Shown piece after piece: positions 36,514 through 45,833 of a stretch of 64,000 nt of DNA. Position numbers and translations under genes: made by a program. Each line of letters starts with the position of its first letter. Positions within the stretch are counted from its first letter, which is position 1. The DNA is taken from positions 5,869 to 69,868 of the forward strand of contig CACBYE010000004.1 of NCBI GenBank assembly GCA_902543375.1, given 5' to 3'. This DNA is from an uncultured Pelagibacteraceae bacterium. Its GTDB lineage: Bacteria; Pseudomonadota; Alphaproteobacteria; Pelagibacterales; Pelagibacteraceae. Under the pieces are notes generated by a model. It worked only from the letters and a program-made list of their open reading frames with translations. It was not told where the DNA came from and did not search any database.

Positions 36514-37253
36514 AGCTGAGCAAGATAGAGCCAAAATTTTTAAAAAACAAAAATTTAAGAATAGGATTAATCACCCTTGCTAGTGATTTTAGGATTGAAA
36601 AAGACTTTAATAATATAATTCATGGAAAGAATATAGATTTATATTGCAATAGAATAAATTGCTATAATCCGCTTACAAACGAGACATTAAAAAAAATGGC
36701 GGACGATATTCCAGAAGTTACAAAAAATATCTTACCAGATCAGGAATTAGATTGTGTTGCATATGGATGTACATCGGGAACAATTGCCTCAGGTTATCAA
36801 TCAATTTTTGAAAAAGTTAATATAGCTAAACCTAATACAAAAGTTACAACTCCAATTACATCTGCAATTAATGCTCTAAAATTACTTAAGATAAATAAGG
36901 TGTCAATATTTACACCTTATACTGATGAGATTAATCAATCTGTTATTAATTATTTTAAAAATGAAAAAGTAGAAATTCATGAGTTATCTTATTTTGATAT
37001 AGCTTCCGATTTAGATATAGGTAAAGTTGATCCACAATATTTATTCGATGTTTTATGTAAACAGGATCTTTCCAAAAGTGATGCTTTATTTGTTTCATGC
37101 ACAGCTTTACCAGTATTGTCAATTATCAAAGATTTAGAAAAGAAAATAGGAAAGATAGTTTTATCAAGTAATCAAACATTAATATGGGATACACTTAAAC
37201 AGATAAACTATAATAACAAAGTTGAAGGTTATGGAGAATTATTTAAGAGTTAG
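36510..37253 (+). CDS. Asp/Glu/hydantoin racemase superfamily protein (maleate isomerase / arylmalonate decarboxylase / EutA-like)
   Basis: 247 aa. N-terminal RIGLITLASDFRIEKDF and two Cys motifs in equivalent half-domains (YGCTSGT and VSCTALP), then SSNQTLIW. Confidence 0.6.
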   Translation: MKLSKIEPKFLKNKNLRIGLITLASDFRIEKDFNNIIHGKNIDLYCNRINCYNPLTNETLKKMADDIPEVTKNILPDQELDCVAYGCTSGTIASGYQSIFEKVNIAKPNTKVTTPITSAINALKLLKINKVSIFTPYTDEINQSVINYFKNEKVEIHELSYFDIASDLDIGKVDPQYLFDVLCKQDLSKSDALFVSCTALPVLSIIKDLEKKIGKIVLSSNQTLIWDTLKQINYNNKVEGYGELFKS

Positions 37254-37255
37254 TT

Positions 37256-38425
37256 ATGCTTTTTAGTAAAGAGGAATATAAACAAAGACTTTCTAAAGTT
37301 AAAAATATGATGAAAGAAAAAGGCATAGAACTTTTAATTTCTCACGATACAAACAATATGAATTACTTGACTGGTTATGATGCTTGGTCTTTTTACTATG
37401 CCCAATGTGTAATAATACACGCTAACGCTGATGAGCCAATTTGTTTTGTTAGAGAACAAGATGCTGGAGGCGCTTATATAAAAACTTACCTGAAAAAAGA
37501 GAATATTATTGTTTATGACGAGCATTATATTCATACTTGGCCCAAACATCCTTACGACTATTTAGTAAAAATTATTAAAGAAAAAAAGTGGGATAAATTA
37601 TCAATTGGATTGGAAATGGATGCTCATTATTTCACAGCATTTTGTTACGAAAAGATAAAACAAGGATTGCCAAGTGCAAAGATAAAAGACTCTGAAAGAT
37701 TAGTTAATTGGATAAGATTAGTTAAATCTGATGCAGAAATAGGTTACATGAAATCCGCTGCAAAGATTTCAGAAGTTGGAATGAATAAAGCTTTTGATGT
37801 AATTAAACCAGGAGTTAGACAATGTGATGCTGTTGGTGAAATACAAAAAGCACTTTTTTGTGGAACGTCAGAATATGGCGGAGAATATTCAAGTATCGCT
37901 ACTCTTTTACCTACTGGCGAAGGAACTTCAGCATCACATTTGACTGCAACGCAAGATAAATTTGTTGAGGGTGAGGCAACAATTATTGAATTATCGGGTG
38001 TCTATAAAAGATATCATGCTCCGATGGCTCGAACAATTTTGTTAGGAAAGCCTGATCAATTAAAAATTGATACAATGAAAAAAACAATTGAGGCTCTTCA
38101 AGCAGGAATAGATGCAACAAAACCAGGAAATAGAGTTGATGATGTTGCACAAGCTTTTTGGAAAATTTTAGATAAATATGGAATAGAAAAAAAGTCTAGA
38201 ACAGGTTATTCAATTGGGATTGGTTATCCTCCTGACTGGGGAGAACATACACTCAATATTTACAAGGGAGATATGACAATTTTAGAACCTAATGTTTGTT
38301 TTCATATGATTGCTGTAATGCAATTTGGAAACTGGGGTGTAGAAGCATCCGAGGCAATTAGAGTAACTGATACAGGTGCTGAACTATTTTGTAGTTTTCC
38401 AAAAGAACTCCACGTTAAAAGCTAA
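37256..38425 (+). CDS. M24-family creatinase/prolidase-fold hydrolase, DoeA/EutD (ectoine hydrolase)-like
   Basis: 389 aa with a creatinase-type N-domain plus a pita-bread C-domain. The positions of the two canonical metal-binding Asp residues read IIELSG and YKRYHAP. C-terminal GYSIGIGYPPDWGEHT. Confidence 0.55.
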   Translation: MLFSKEEYKQRLSKVKNMMKEKGIELLISHDTNNMNYLTGYDAWSFYYAQCVIIHANADEPICFVREQDAGGAYIKTYLKKENIIVYDEHYIHTWPKHPYDYLVKIIKEKKWDKLSIGLEMDAHYFTAFCYEKIKQGLPSAKIKDSERLVNWIRLVKSDAEIGYMKSAAKISEVGMNKAFDVIKPGVRQCDAVGEIQKALFCGTSEYGGEYSSIATLLPTGEGTSASHLTATQDKFVEGEATIIELSGVYKRYHAPMARTILLGKPDQLKIDTMKKTIEALQAGIDATKPGNRVDDVAQAFWKILDKYGIEKKSRTGYSIGIGYPPDWGEHTLNIYKGDMTILEPNVCFHMIAVMQFGNWGVEASEAIRVTDTGAELFCSFPKELHVKS

Positions 38426-38477
38426 CTTTTAAAGGTTGATATTTATTGTCACAAATGTTTTAAAGTTATCTGATATT

Positions 38478-39563
38478 ATGGCATCTAAAAAAGATTTCGT
38501 TAAATTTGATAAAGTTGACAAAAGCTACGATGGTAAAATTTTAGTTGTAAAAGATCTTCAATTAGACATAGCTGAGGGTGAGTTTATAACAATGTTAGGA
38601 CCTTCTGGTTCAGGTAAAACCACCTGTTTAATGATGTTGGCTGGATTTGAAACACCAACAAATGGCGAAATTTATTTAGATGGAAATGCGATTTCAAGTA
38701 TTCCTCCTCACAAAAGAGGTATAGGTATGGTTTTTCAAAACTATGCGTTATTTCCTCATATGACTGTTTATGAGAATTTAGCTTTTCCTTTAAGAGTAAG
38801 AAAAATACCTAAAGACGAGGCAGATAAAAAAATCGATAAAGCATTATCAATGGTATCCTTACAAGGCTTTGCTGCTAGGATGCCTGGCCAGTTGTCTGGT
38901 GGGCAACAACAAAGAGTAGCTGTTGCAAGATCACTCGTTTTTGATCCTCAATTAGTTTTGATGGATGAACCACTTGGAGCTTTGGATAAAAATTTAAGAG
39001 AAAGTATGCAATATGAAATTAAACATATTCATGAAAGCATTGGTGTAACAGTTGTTTACGTTACTCATGATCAAAGTGAAGCTTTAACTATGTCTAACCG
39101 TATTGCTGTTTTTAATGATGGAAAAGTTCAACAACTTTCCAGTCCTGACGAATTGTATGAAAAGCCAGTAAACTCTTTTGTTGCTGAGTTTATCGGTGAG
39201 AACAATACTTTTGCTGGTGAAGTATCAGATATTTCTGATGGTAGGTGCAAAGTGAAGTTAGCTAATGCTGAAATATTAGCAAATCCAATTTCAGTTAAGG
39301 GCAAAGGTGAAAAAACGACAGTTTCATTAAGACCTGAAAGAGCATTAATTAATCCATCAGATAAAATGGATAACATACACAATGGAAAAATCGAGGAAGT
39401 TATTTATCATGGAGATCATACAAGAGTTAGAATTAACTTATTAGGTAATCCCGAATTTATTCTTAAAATACCTAATAGTTCATCCAATTTAGATATAAAG
39501 CTAGGAAATGAAATTAAGATTGGATGGAACAGTGATGACGCCAGAGCTTTAGACCCAAAATAA
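38478..39563 (+). CDS. ABC transporter ATP-binding protein, PotA/MalK-like with C-terminal regulatory (TOBE-type) domain
   Basis: Walker A GPSGSGKTT, signature LSGGQQQRVAVAR, and Walker B LVLMDEPLGALD. I use the ATG at 38478; the track ORF starts at a TTG at 38436. Confidence 0.85.
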   Translation: MASKKDFVKFDKVDKSYDGKILVVKDLQLDIAEGEFITMLGPSGSGKTTCLMMLAGFETPTNGEIYLDGNAISSIPPHKRGIGMVFQNYALFPHMTVYENLAFPLRVRKIPKDEADKKIDKALSMVSLQGFAARMPGQLSGGQQQRVAVARSLVFDPQLVLMDEPLGALDKNLRESMQYEIKHIHESIGVTVVYVTHDQSEALTMSNRIAVFNDGKVQQLSSPDELYEKPVNSFVAEFIGENNTFAGEVSDISDGRCKVKLANAEILANPISVKGKGEKTTVSLRPERALINPSDKMDNIHNGKIEEVIYHGDHTRVRINLLGNPEFILKIPNSSSNLDIKLGNEIKIGWNSDDARALDPK

Positions 39564-39599
39564 ACGCTAGATACATCATTTAATCACCAAAAAGGGCTG

Positions 39600-39628
39600 T
39601 TGACTCTCATTATCGATATTGCTGTAAT
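39600..39628 (+). promoter_or_regulatory. putative internal sigma-70 promoter for the binding-protein gene
   Basis: TTGACT, a 17-nt spacer, then TGTAAT, about 35 nt upstream of the ATG. Followed by RBS GGAGGA. Confidence 0.45.
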
Positions 39629-39663
39629 CTAATTTTATAAAAAAACGTTTAAACGGAGGAAAA

Positions 39664-40779
39664 ATGAAAAAAATTAGTAAGTTATTACTAGCCCTTTCTT
39701 TTGTATTCTCTTTAACTACATCAGCATACGCGGTTACAGTTGCGTCATGGGGTGGAGCTTATACAGAAAGTCAGAAGTTAGGTTATGGTGATCCTACTGC
39801 AAAGAAATTAGGTGTCCCAATTAATTGGGTCGACTATTCAGGTGGATTATCAGAAATAAAAGCACAAAAAGAAGCTGGTGCAATTACGTGGGATATAATG
39901 GACGTATTTGCTATGGATACTATCAACGGCTGTGATGAGGGATTATTTGTTAAATTTGATTTTGACAAAGATTTTCCACCAGCACCAGATGGAACTCCAG
40001 CAAGTAAAGATTTCTTTACTGGAATGCCAAGTGAATGTGCTGTAGGAAATATTTTATATTCTTGGAACTACGCTTATAACTCAGACAATGTTAAAGGTAC
40101 TCCAAAGACTATCAAAGATTTCTTTAACACTAAAAAATTTCCTGGAAAAAGAGCTATCTACAAAGGCGCTCTAACAAATTTAGAGATCGCTTTAGCAGCT
40201 GATGGTATTAAACCAGGTAAAGGTGGAGCAAAAATCTACAAAGCTCTTGAGACTGAAAAAGGTGTTCAAAGAGCAATGGATAAGATCAAAGAACTTTGCA
40301 CAGACCCTAAAGGTGGATGTGTATTTTGGTCTGCAGGTGCTCAACCACCAGAACTGTTAATGAGTGGTGAAGTTGTTATGGCAACTGGCTGGAATGGTAG
40401 ATTCTTTAACGCTGCTGTAGGTGAAGGCGCTCCAATCGTTCAAGTTTGGGATGGACAAGGTCTTGACTATGAGTACTTTGTATTAGTTAAGGGTTCGCCA
40501 AACGAAGCTGATGCTATGAAAGCTTTGGCTGAGATGACAAGTACTGAAGGTTTAGCAGGAAGTGCAAAATATATTGCATATGCTCCTTGGAGAAAATCAT
40601 CTATCAAAGTGATGGAAAAAGGTGAGCCGTGGTATAAAGATGGTAAAACTAACATGGTACCAAATATGCCAACTGCACCAGCAAACACTAAAAATTACTT
40701 CTTAGTAGATCCACTTTACTGGGCCGATAATGGAACAGAACTTGGTGAAAAATGGGAAGCAATGAAAGCAGGATTTTAA
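39664..40779 (+). CDS. periplasmic substrate-binding protein, PotD/PotF-like (SBP family 1)
   Basis: 371 aa. Signal peptide ending SAYA. Mature start VTVASWGGAYTESQ, typical of a polyamine/opine-type SBP subfamily. Visibly more G+C-rich codon usage than its neighbours. Confidence 0.75.
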   Translation: MKKISKLLLALSFVFSLTTSAYAVTVASWGGAYTESQKLGYGDPTAKKLGVPINWVDYSGGLSEIKAQKEAGAITWDIMDVFAMDTINGCDEGLFVKFDFDKDFPPAPDGTPASKDFFTGMPSECAVGNILYSWNYAYNSDNVKGTPKTIKDFFNTKKFPGKRAIYKGALTNLEIALAADGIKPGKGGAKIYKALETEKGVQRAMDKIKELCTDPKGGCVFWSAGAQPPELLMSGEVVMATGWNGRFFNAAVGEGAPIVQVWDGQGLDYEYFVLVKGSPNEADAMKALAEMTSTEGLAGSAKYIAYAPWRKSSIKVMEKGEPWYKDGKTNMVPNMPTAPANTKNYFLVDPLYWADNGTELGEKWEAMKAGF

Positions 40780-40817
40780 TTTTAAGTTTTAAAGATTAAA
40801 ATTTTATAATATATTAG

Positions 40818-40845
40818 AGGGCGGTTATTATTAACCGCCCTTTTT
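40818..40845 (+). terminator. intrinsic terminator/attenuator between the SBP and permease genes
   Basis: 9-bp stem AGGGCGGTT / AACCGCCCT, loop ATTATT, then T5. It ends 4 nt before the permease ATG. Confidence 0.75.
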
Positions 40846-40849
40846 ATTT

Positions 40850-42103
40850 ATGAGCTCAGAAAATAAACAAATTTTAACAACCGACGGAATTCCTTTAGAG
40901 GTTAGTTTAAAAAAAGCTGAAAAAAAGAATAAAGTAAAAGCTTTTTTATTAGTTGCACCTTTATTATTATTTATAATCATTACCTATGTATTTCCAATCG
41001 GAGACATGCTTATGAGAAGTGTGGATGACAAAATGGTAACAGAAATGCTTCCTAAAACTTATAAATCAATGGAAACATGGGACGGAAAAGAGTTACCGCC
41101 AGAGGAAGTATTTGAAGCATTTTATTTTGACTTTCAAAGATTAATTGAGGAAGAACGTGAAGGAAAATTATCAACACAACTTAATTATACCAAGAACGGT
41201 TTTAAAAGTATTATTAAAAAATTAAGACGAAAATCTAAATCCTTTGAAGAAGGAAATTATAAAGAACAAATTATGGCTGTTCATAAAAGATGGGCAGATG
41301 TTGAATACTGGAGAGCGATCAAACGAAGAGCTCCAGCGTATACATACCAAAAATATTTAAAAGGTATGGATATGTATGAAAACGAAAAAGGAGAAATAGT
41401 TAATGTAGCTGAAGACAGAAGGGTTCATAGAATTTTGTGGCTTAGAACTTTAGAAATTGCATTTTTTGTTACGGTGTTTTGTTTTCTTATGGCTTATCCA
41501 ATAGCCCATTTGTTAGCAACTTTACCCATGAAGTACAGTAACCTATTAATGATTTGTGTTTTACTTCCTTTCTGGACATCGTTACTTGTTAGGACAGCAA
41601 GTTGGATGATTTTGTTGCAACAACAAGGAATAGTAAATGATTTTTTTGTTATGATTGGATTAGTGTCAGATGATAATAGGATTGAAATGATGTTTAATAA
41701 AACAGGAAGTTATGTGGCGATGACACAAATATTGTTACCTTTTATGGTTTTACCTCTTTATAGTGTGATGAAGACAATCTCCCCAAGCTTGATGAGAGCT
41801 GGAAAGTCTTTAGGAGGAACACCTTTTATAGCGTTTTGGAAAGTTTATTTTCCATTAACAATTCCAGGTATAGGGGCTGGTTGTTTGTTGGTTTTTATTT
41901 TAGCTATTGGTTATTATATTACTCCTGCTTTGGTTGGAGGGGCTTCAGGTACTTTAATAAGTAATCAAATTGCATTTCACATGAAGAGCACACTAGACTG
42001 GAGTTTTGCATCAGCAATGGGACTAATGTTATTAAGTGGAGTTTTAGTTATTTATTGGCTTTATAATAAATTAGTAGGAATAGATAATATTAAATTAGGA
42101 TAA
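40850..42103 (+). CDS. ABC transporter permease (PotB-like) with a ~150-aa insertion after TM1
   Basis: 417 aa, against roughly 280 for typical PotB. A hydrophilic segment (SVDDKMV ... RRVHRILW) lies between TM1 and TM2. The C-terminal part has the usual 5 TM helices and an EAA-like loop (MRAGKSLGGTPF). Confidence 0.8.
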   Translation: MSSENKQILTTDGIPLEVSLKKAEKKNKVKAFLLVAPLLLFIIITYVFPIGDMLMRSVDDKMVTEMLPKTYKSMETWDGKELPPEEVFEAFYFDFQRLIEEEREGKLSTQLNYTKNGFKSIIKKLRRKSKSFEEGNYKEQIMAVHKRWADVEYWRAIKRRAPAYTYQKYLKGMDMYENEKGEIVNVAEDRRVHRILWLRTLEIAFFVTVFCFLMAYPIAHLLATLPMKYSNLLMICVLLPFWTSLLVRTASWMILLQQQGIVNDFFVMIGLVSDDNRIEMMFNKTGSYVAMTQILLPFMVLPLYSVMKTISPSLMRAGKSLGGTPFIAFWKVYFPLTIPGIGAGCLLVFILAIGYYITPALVGGASGTLISNQIAFHMKSTLDWSFASAMGLMLLSGVLVIYWLYNKLVGIDNIKLG

Positions 42104-42107
42104 AAAA

Positions 42108-42962
42108 ATGGCTTTACCTAAATATACTGAAACCCATTATAGAATTTGGCACTATATCTATCTGACTATTTGTGCAGCGGTTTTCTTCTTTCTTATTGCT
42201 CCATTATTTGTAATTTTTCCATTATCTTTTAATGCTGAGGAATTTTTAGTTTTCTCTGATGGAATGAAACGACTAGATCCTGATGCATTTTCGTTAAGAT
42301 GGTATCAAGACATGATTTATGGAACTAAAAATCCCTGGGGTTTAGCAGCAAAAAATAGTTTCATCATTGCTATTTTTGCAACCATTGGCTCAGTTTTACT
42401 TGGAACAGTTGCTGCCTTAGGTTTGAGCAGCAGACACATGCCTTACAAAGGTTTAATTATGGCAGTATTAATTTCGCCAATGATTGTTCCTTTAATTATA
42501 TCTGGTGTTGCAATTTTTTTCTTTATGGCCAAAGCTGGTTTGGCAGCAACCCACACAGGTATTGTTCTTGCACACATTGTTTTAGGAACACCATTTGTGG
42601 TAATTACAGTTACAGCAACATTGTCAGGATTTGATCATAGCGTAACAAGAGCTGCTGCAAGTCTTGGAAGTAATCCAGTAAATACTTTTATGAAAATAAC
42701 TTTGCCTTTAATTTTGCCAGGCGTTATTTCTGGTGGATTATTTGCATTTGTGACGTCATTCGACGAAGTAGTTGTTGTATTATTTTTAGCAGGACTTGAA
42801 AATACCACTATACCGATTCAAATGTGGACGGGTTTAAGAGAGCAATTAAGTCCAACCATCCTTGCTGTCGCAACTTGCCTTATTGTATTATCGACTTTAA
42901 TTCTAGTAACCGCTGAACTCTTGAGAAGAAGATCTGAGAGACTCAGAGGTATAAATCAATAG
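42108..42962 (+). CDS. ABC transporter permease (PotC-like)
   Basis: 284 aa with 6 TM helices and EAA loop TRAAASLGSNPVNTF. Confidence 0.85.
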   Translation: MALPKYTETHYRIWHYIYLTICAAVFFFLIAPLFVIFPLSFNAEEFLVFSDGMKRLDPDAFSLRWYQDMIYGTKNPWGLAAKNSFIIAIFATIGSVLLGTVAALGLSSRHMPYKGLIMAVLISPMIVPLIISGVAIFFFMAKAGLAATHTGIVLAHIVLGTPFVVITVTATLSGFDHSVTRAAASLGSNPVNTFMKITLPLILPGVISGGLFAFVTSFDEVVVVLFLAGLENTTIPIQMWTGLREQLSPTILAVATCLIVLSTLILVTAELLRRRSERLRGINQ

Positions 42963-42974
42963 TAAAATCCTTAA

Positions 42975-45197
42975 ATGAAATTTAAAAACGTAGTTGTGAT
43001 TGGTTCGGGAACAATGGGTAGTGGAATAGCTGCTCACTTATGCAATGCAAATATACCTGTTACTTTGCTTGATTTAAAAACTGAAATAAGTGAAAAAGCA
43101 AGAGATAGAATTCACAAGTCTAGGCCCCCTCTATTAATTGATAAGTCAAAAATCAATAATATCAAAGTTGGAAACATAAATGATAATTTTGATGTAGTTA
43201 AAGATGCTGATTGGGTAGTTGAGGCTGTGGTTGAAAGAATTGATATCAAACATCAAATTTATGAAAAAATATTTAAAGCAAGAAAAAAGGGTGCAATAGT
43301 TTCATCAAACACATCCTCAATACCTATTAAAGTTTTATCTCAACATTTGACTGATGTAGAAAAAAAAGATTTCTGTATCACACATTTTTTTAACCCCGTT
43401 AGATATATGGGTCTACTAGAAATAGTTAAAAATGAAAACAATGATCTTGATAAAATTAATGAATTAAAAAAATTTTGTGAGATAGAACTAGGTAAAGGCG
43501 CAATTGTTTGTAATGATACTCCTGGTTTTTTAGGCAATAGAGTTGGGGTTTTTGCTATGCAAATAGCAATGACAGAGGCATTTAAGATGAAACTTTCAGT
43601 AGAAGAGGCAGATGCAATTTTTGGAAGACCTATGGGAATTCCAAAAACAGGAGTATTTGGTCTCTACGATTTAATTGGCATCGATTTAATGGCAGATGTA
43701 TTAAAAAGTTTTATTAAAGAATTACCTAAGACAGATAAATTTCATGAAGTTGCAAAAGAAATTCCATTAGTAAAAAAACTCATTGAGACAGGTTATACTG
43801 GAAGAAAAGGTAAGGGTGGCTTTTATAGAATGAACAAGGCAGGAGCCACGAAGGTTATGGAAGCTATCAATCTTGAAACTGGAGACTACGCGCCAAGCAA
43901 AAAGATAGATATAAAATCAGATAAATTAGATCTTAAGGGTTTAATTAATAGGCAAGATAAATATGGAGAATATGCCTGGTCAGTAATTTCTAAGATAATT
44001 AAATATGCATCGTCATTAGTTCCAGGAATTACAAAAGAGTTTAATGATATTGATGAAGCAATGAGACTAGGTTTTAACTGGGCAAAAGGACCTTTTGAAA
44101 TGCTCGAAGAAATAGGAGTTGAGAATTTCTATAGCAAAATAGATGACTTTGGTGGCAATAATTTTTTAGAGAATTTATCAAAAAATAAAAATGAAGATTT
44201 TTATGGTGAAAGACAAAAATATACCAATATAGAGACTTTAGGAAAAGTTAAGAAAACAGCATCAAGTTTGGATGGAAATGATTCTGCAAAAATTTATAGG
44301 TTTAATGATTATAATATTGTTGAGTTTACTACAAAAGCTAACGCTTTAGATTACGATTCTATGGATGCTCTTAAAAAAGCAACTGATAAACCTTTGATAA
44401 TTATTAATGAAAGCATGCAATTTTCTGCTGGTGTGAACTTAACTTACACAATGCAGTTTGCCGATAAAAAAGATTTTAAATCTATAGAAAAGTTCATTAA
44501 ATATTTTCAAGAAACATGTAAGCATTTAAAATACTCTAAACATCCAGTTATTTCAGCTCCATCAGGATTAACATTAGGTGGTGGTTTTGAAGTTATGGTT
44601 CAAAGTAATTTTGTAGCATCGCATACAAATATTGTAGTTGGATTAGTTGAAACTATAGTGGGTTTGATTCCAGCTGGAGGAGGATGTAAAGAAATGTTAG
44701 CACGTTGGATGGATACTGATGAAGCAAAGTCAGACCCTAATTATGCACCACTAAAAGTTTTTGATATTATTGGATATGGCAAGACAGCTACGTCACCAGT
44801 TGAGGCAGAACCAATGAAATATCTAAGACCTAGTGATAAAAAAATAATGAATAGAAATAGTTTATTAGAAGTTTCTAAAAAAATTTTAAATGAAAATAAG
44901 GATTTTACGCCACCTGAGGAACTTAAGTTTAATTTACCAGGAAAGTCAGTGATTGGTAAGATGGATAAGATTTTAGAAAAACTTTACAATGATAAGGTTA
45001 TATTAGATCATGGAGTAGAGGTTGCAAAAGAATTAGCTCATGTTTTAAGTGGAGGTGAAACCACAGTTGAAAAAACTCTTTCTGAAGATGATTTATTTAA
45101 ATTAGAGCTTGATGCTTTTATGAGATTAATTGAAACTCAAAAAACGCAAGATAGAATAAAACACACTTTGGCAACTGGTAAACCTTTAGTTAACTAA
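42975..45197 (+). CDS. bifunctional 3-hydroxyacyl-CoA dehydrogenase / enoyl-CoA hydratase, FadN-type domain order
   Basis: 740 aa. N-terminal NAD Rossmann fold VVIGSGTMGSGIA and the HAD domain. The C-terminal crotonase-like part is GGGFEVMVQS ... GLIPAGGG. Domain order is reversed relative to FadB. Confidence 0.8.
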   Translation: MKFKNVVVIGSGTMGSGIAAHLCNANIPVTLLDLKTEISEKARDRIHKSRPPLLIDKSKINNIKVGNINDNFDVVKDADWVVEAVVERIDIKHQIYEKIFKARKKGAIVSSNTSSIPIKVLSQHLTDVEKKDFCITHFFNPVRYMGLLEIVKNENNDLDKINELKKFCEIELGKGAIVCNDTPGFLGNRVGVFAMQIAMTEAFKMKLSVEEADAIFGRPMGIPKTGVFGLYDLIGIDLMADVLKSFIKELPKTDKFHEVAKEIPLVKKLIETGYTGRKGKGGFYRMNKAGATKVMEAINLETGDYAPSKKIDIKSDKLDLKGLINRQDKYGEYAWSVISKIIKYASSLVPGITKEFNDIDEAMRLGFNWAKGPFEMLEEIGVENFYSKIDDFGGNNFLENLSKNKNEDFYGERQKYTNIETLGKVKKTASSLDGNDSAKIYRFNDYNIVEFTTKANALDYDSMDALKKATDKPLIIINESMQFSAGVNLTYTMQFADKKDFKSIEKFIKYFQETCKHLKYSKHPVISAPSGLTLGGGFEVMVQSNFVASHTNIVVGLVETIVGLIPAGGGCKEMLARWMDTDEAKSDPNYAPLKVFDIIGYGKTATSPVEAEPMKYLRPSDKKIMNRNSLLEVSKKILNENKDFTPPEELKFNLPGKSVIGKMDKILEKLYNDKVILDHGVEVAKELAHVLSGGETTVEKTLSEDDLFKLELDAFMRLIETQKTQDRIKHTLATGKPLVN

Positions 45198-45833
45198 CAT
45201 CCTTAAGGAATTTATAAAATCAGGTCTTAAAACGTATTCAGATTTGTCCAAGTATTTTATTTTATACAAAGCCTCTAAACCATAAATTACTTTTCCAATA
45301 GGTGTAAACTCAGTTTCAAATAATGGTTCATCTCTCAGAATTATGAAGAATTGGCTATCCTCAGTATTATACTTTTTAGTTCTTGCTAATGCGACACTAC
45401 CTTTATCAAAATCAAACGGTGTATCTATTTCTGAATTAATTGTTCCCAACCCAGATTTACCAGTCCCAATCTTTCCATAATCAAGATACCCTTTTTTACC
45501 AAATTCTAAGTCTCCTGCTTGTACAATTGTATTTTTAATTACTCTATGAAAAGCTATATTATCATACGCCTTAGATTTGATTAATTTTTTGAATCTTTTT
45601 ACTGCTTTGGGTGAAACGTCAGGATATAATTCTATAATAACATTTCCACATTCAACATTCAAAATTGCGATATTTTCAGGATGATTAAACTCTAAATTTT
45701 TAGGATCATAATTTTTTATGAATAAACATTTATTCTTTATCAAAAAAAAAGAGCTAAAAGAGAATATCGCTAAAATAACTATAAATATAAAAATTATTTT
45801 TTCTGATCTTGAGGGTTTTATTTTTTCAATCAC
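45186..45833 (-). CDS. cyclophilin-type peptidyl-prolyl cis-trans isomerase with N-terminal membrane anchor/signal
   Basis: 215 aa. Hydrophobic N-terminus, then FHRVIKNTIVQAGD and SVALAR...NTEDSQFFI. Confidence 0.85.
   Translation of the reverse strand: MIEKIKPSRSEKIIFIFIVILAIFSFSSFFLIKNKCLFIKNYDPKNLEFNHPENIAILNVECGNVIIELYPDVSPKAVKRFKKLIKSKAYDNIAFHRVIKNTIVQAGDLEFGKKGYLDYGKIGTGKSGLGTINSEIDTPFDFDKGSVALARTKKYNTEDSQFFIILRDEPLFETEFTPIGKVIYGLEALYKIKYLDKSEYVLRPDFINSLRMLVN

Noticed and set aside
39611-39655. Short palindromes TATCGATA and CGTTTAAACG in the SBP leader as possible riboswitch or operator
   Set aside because: They are 8-10 bp palindromes in AT-rich DNA, which chance readily produces. 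They are too short to form a riboswitch aptamer, and I recognise no known motif.
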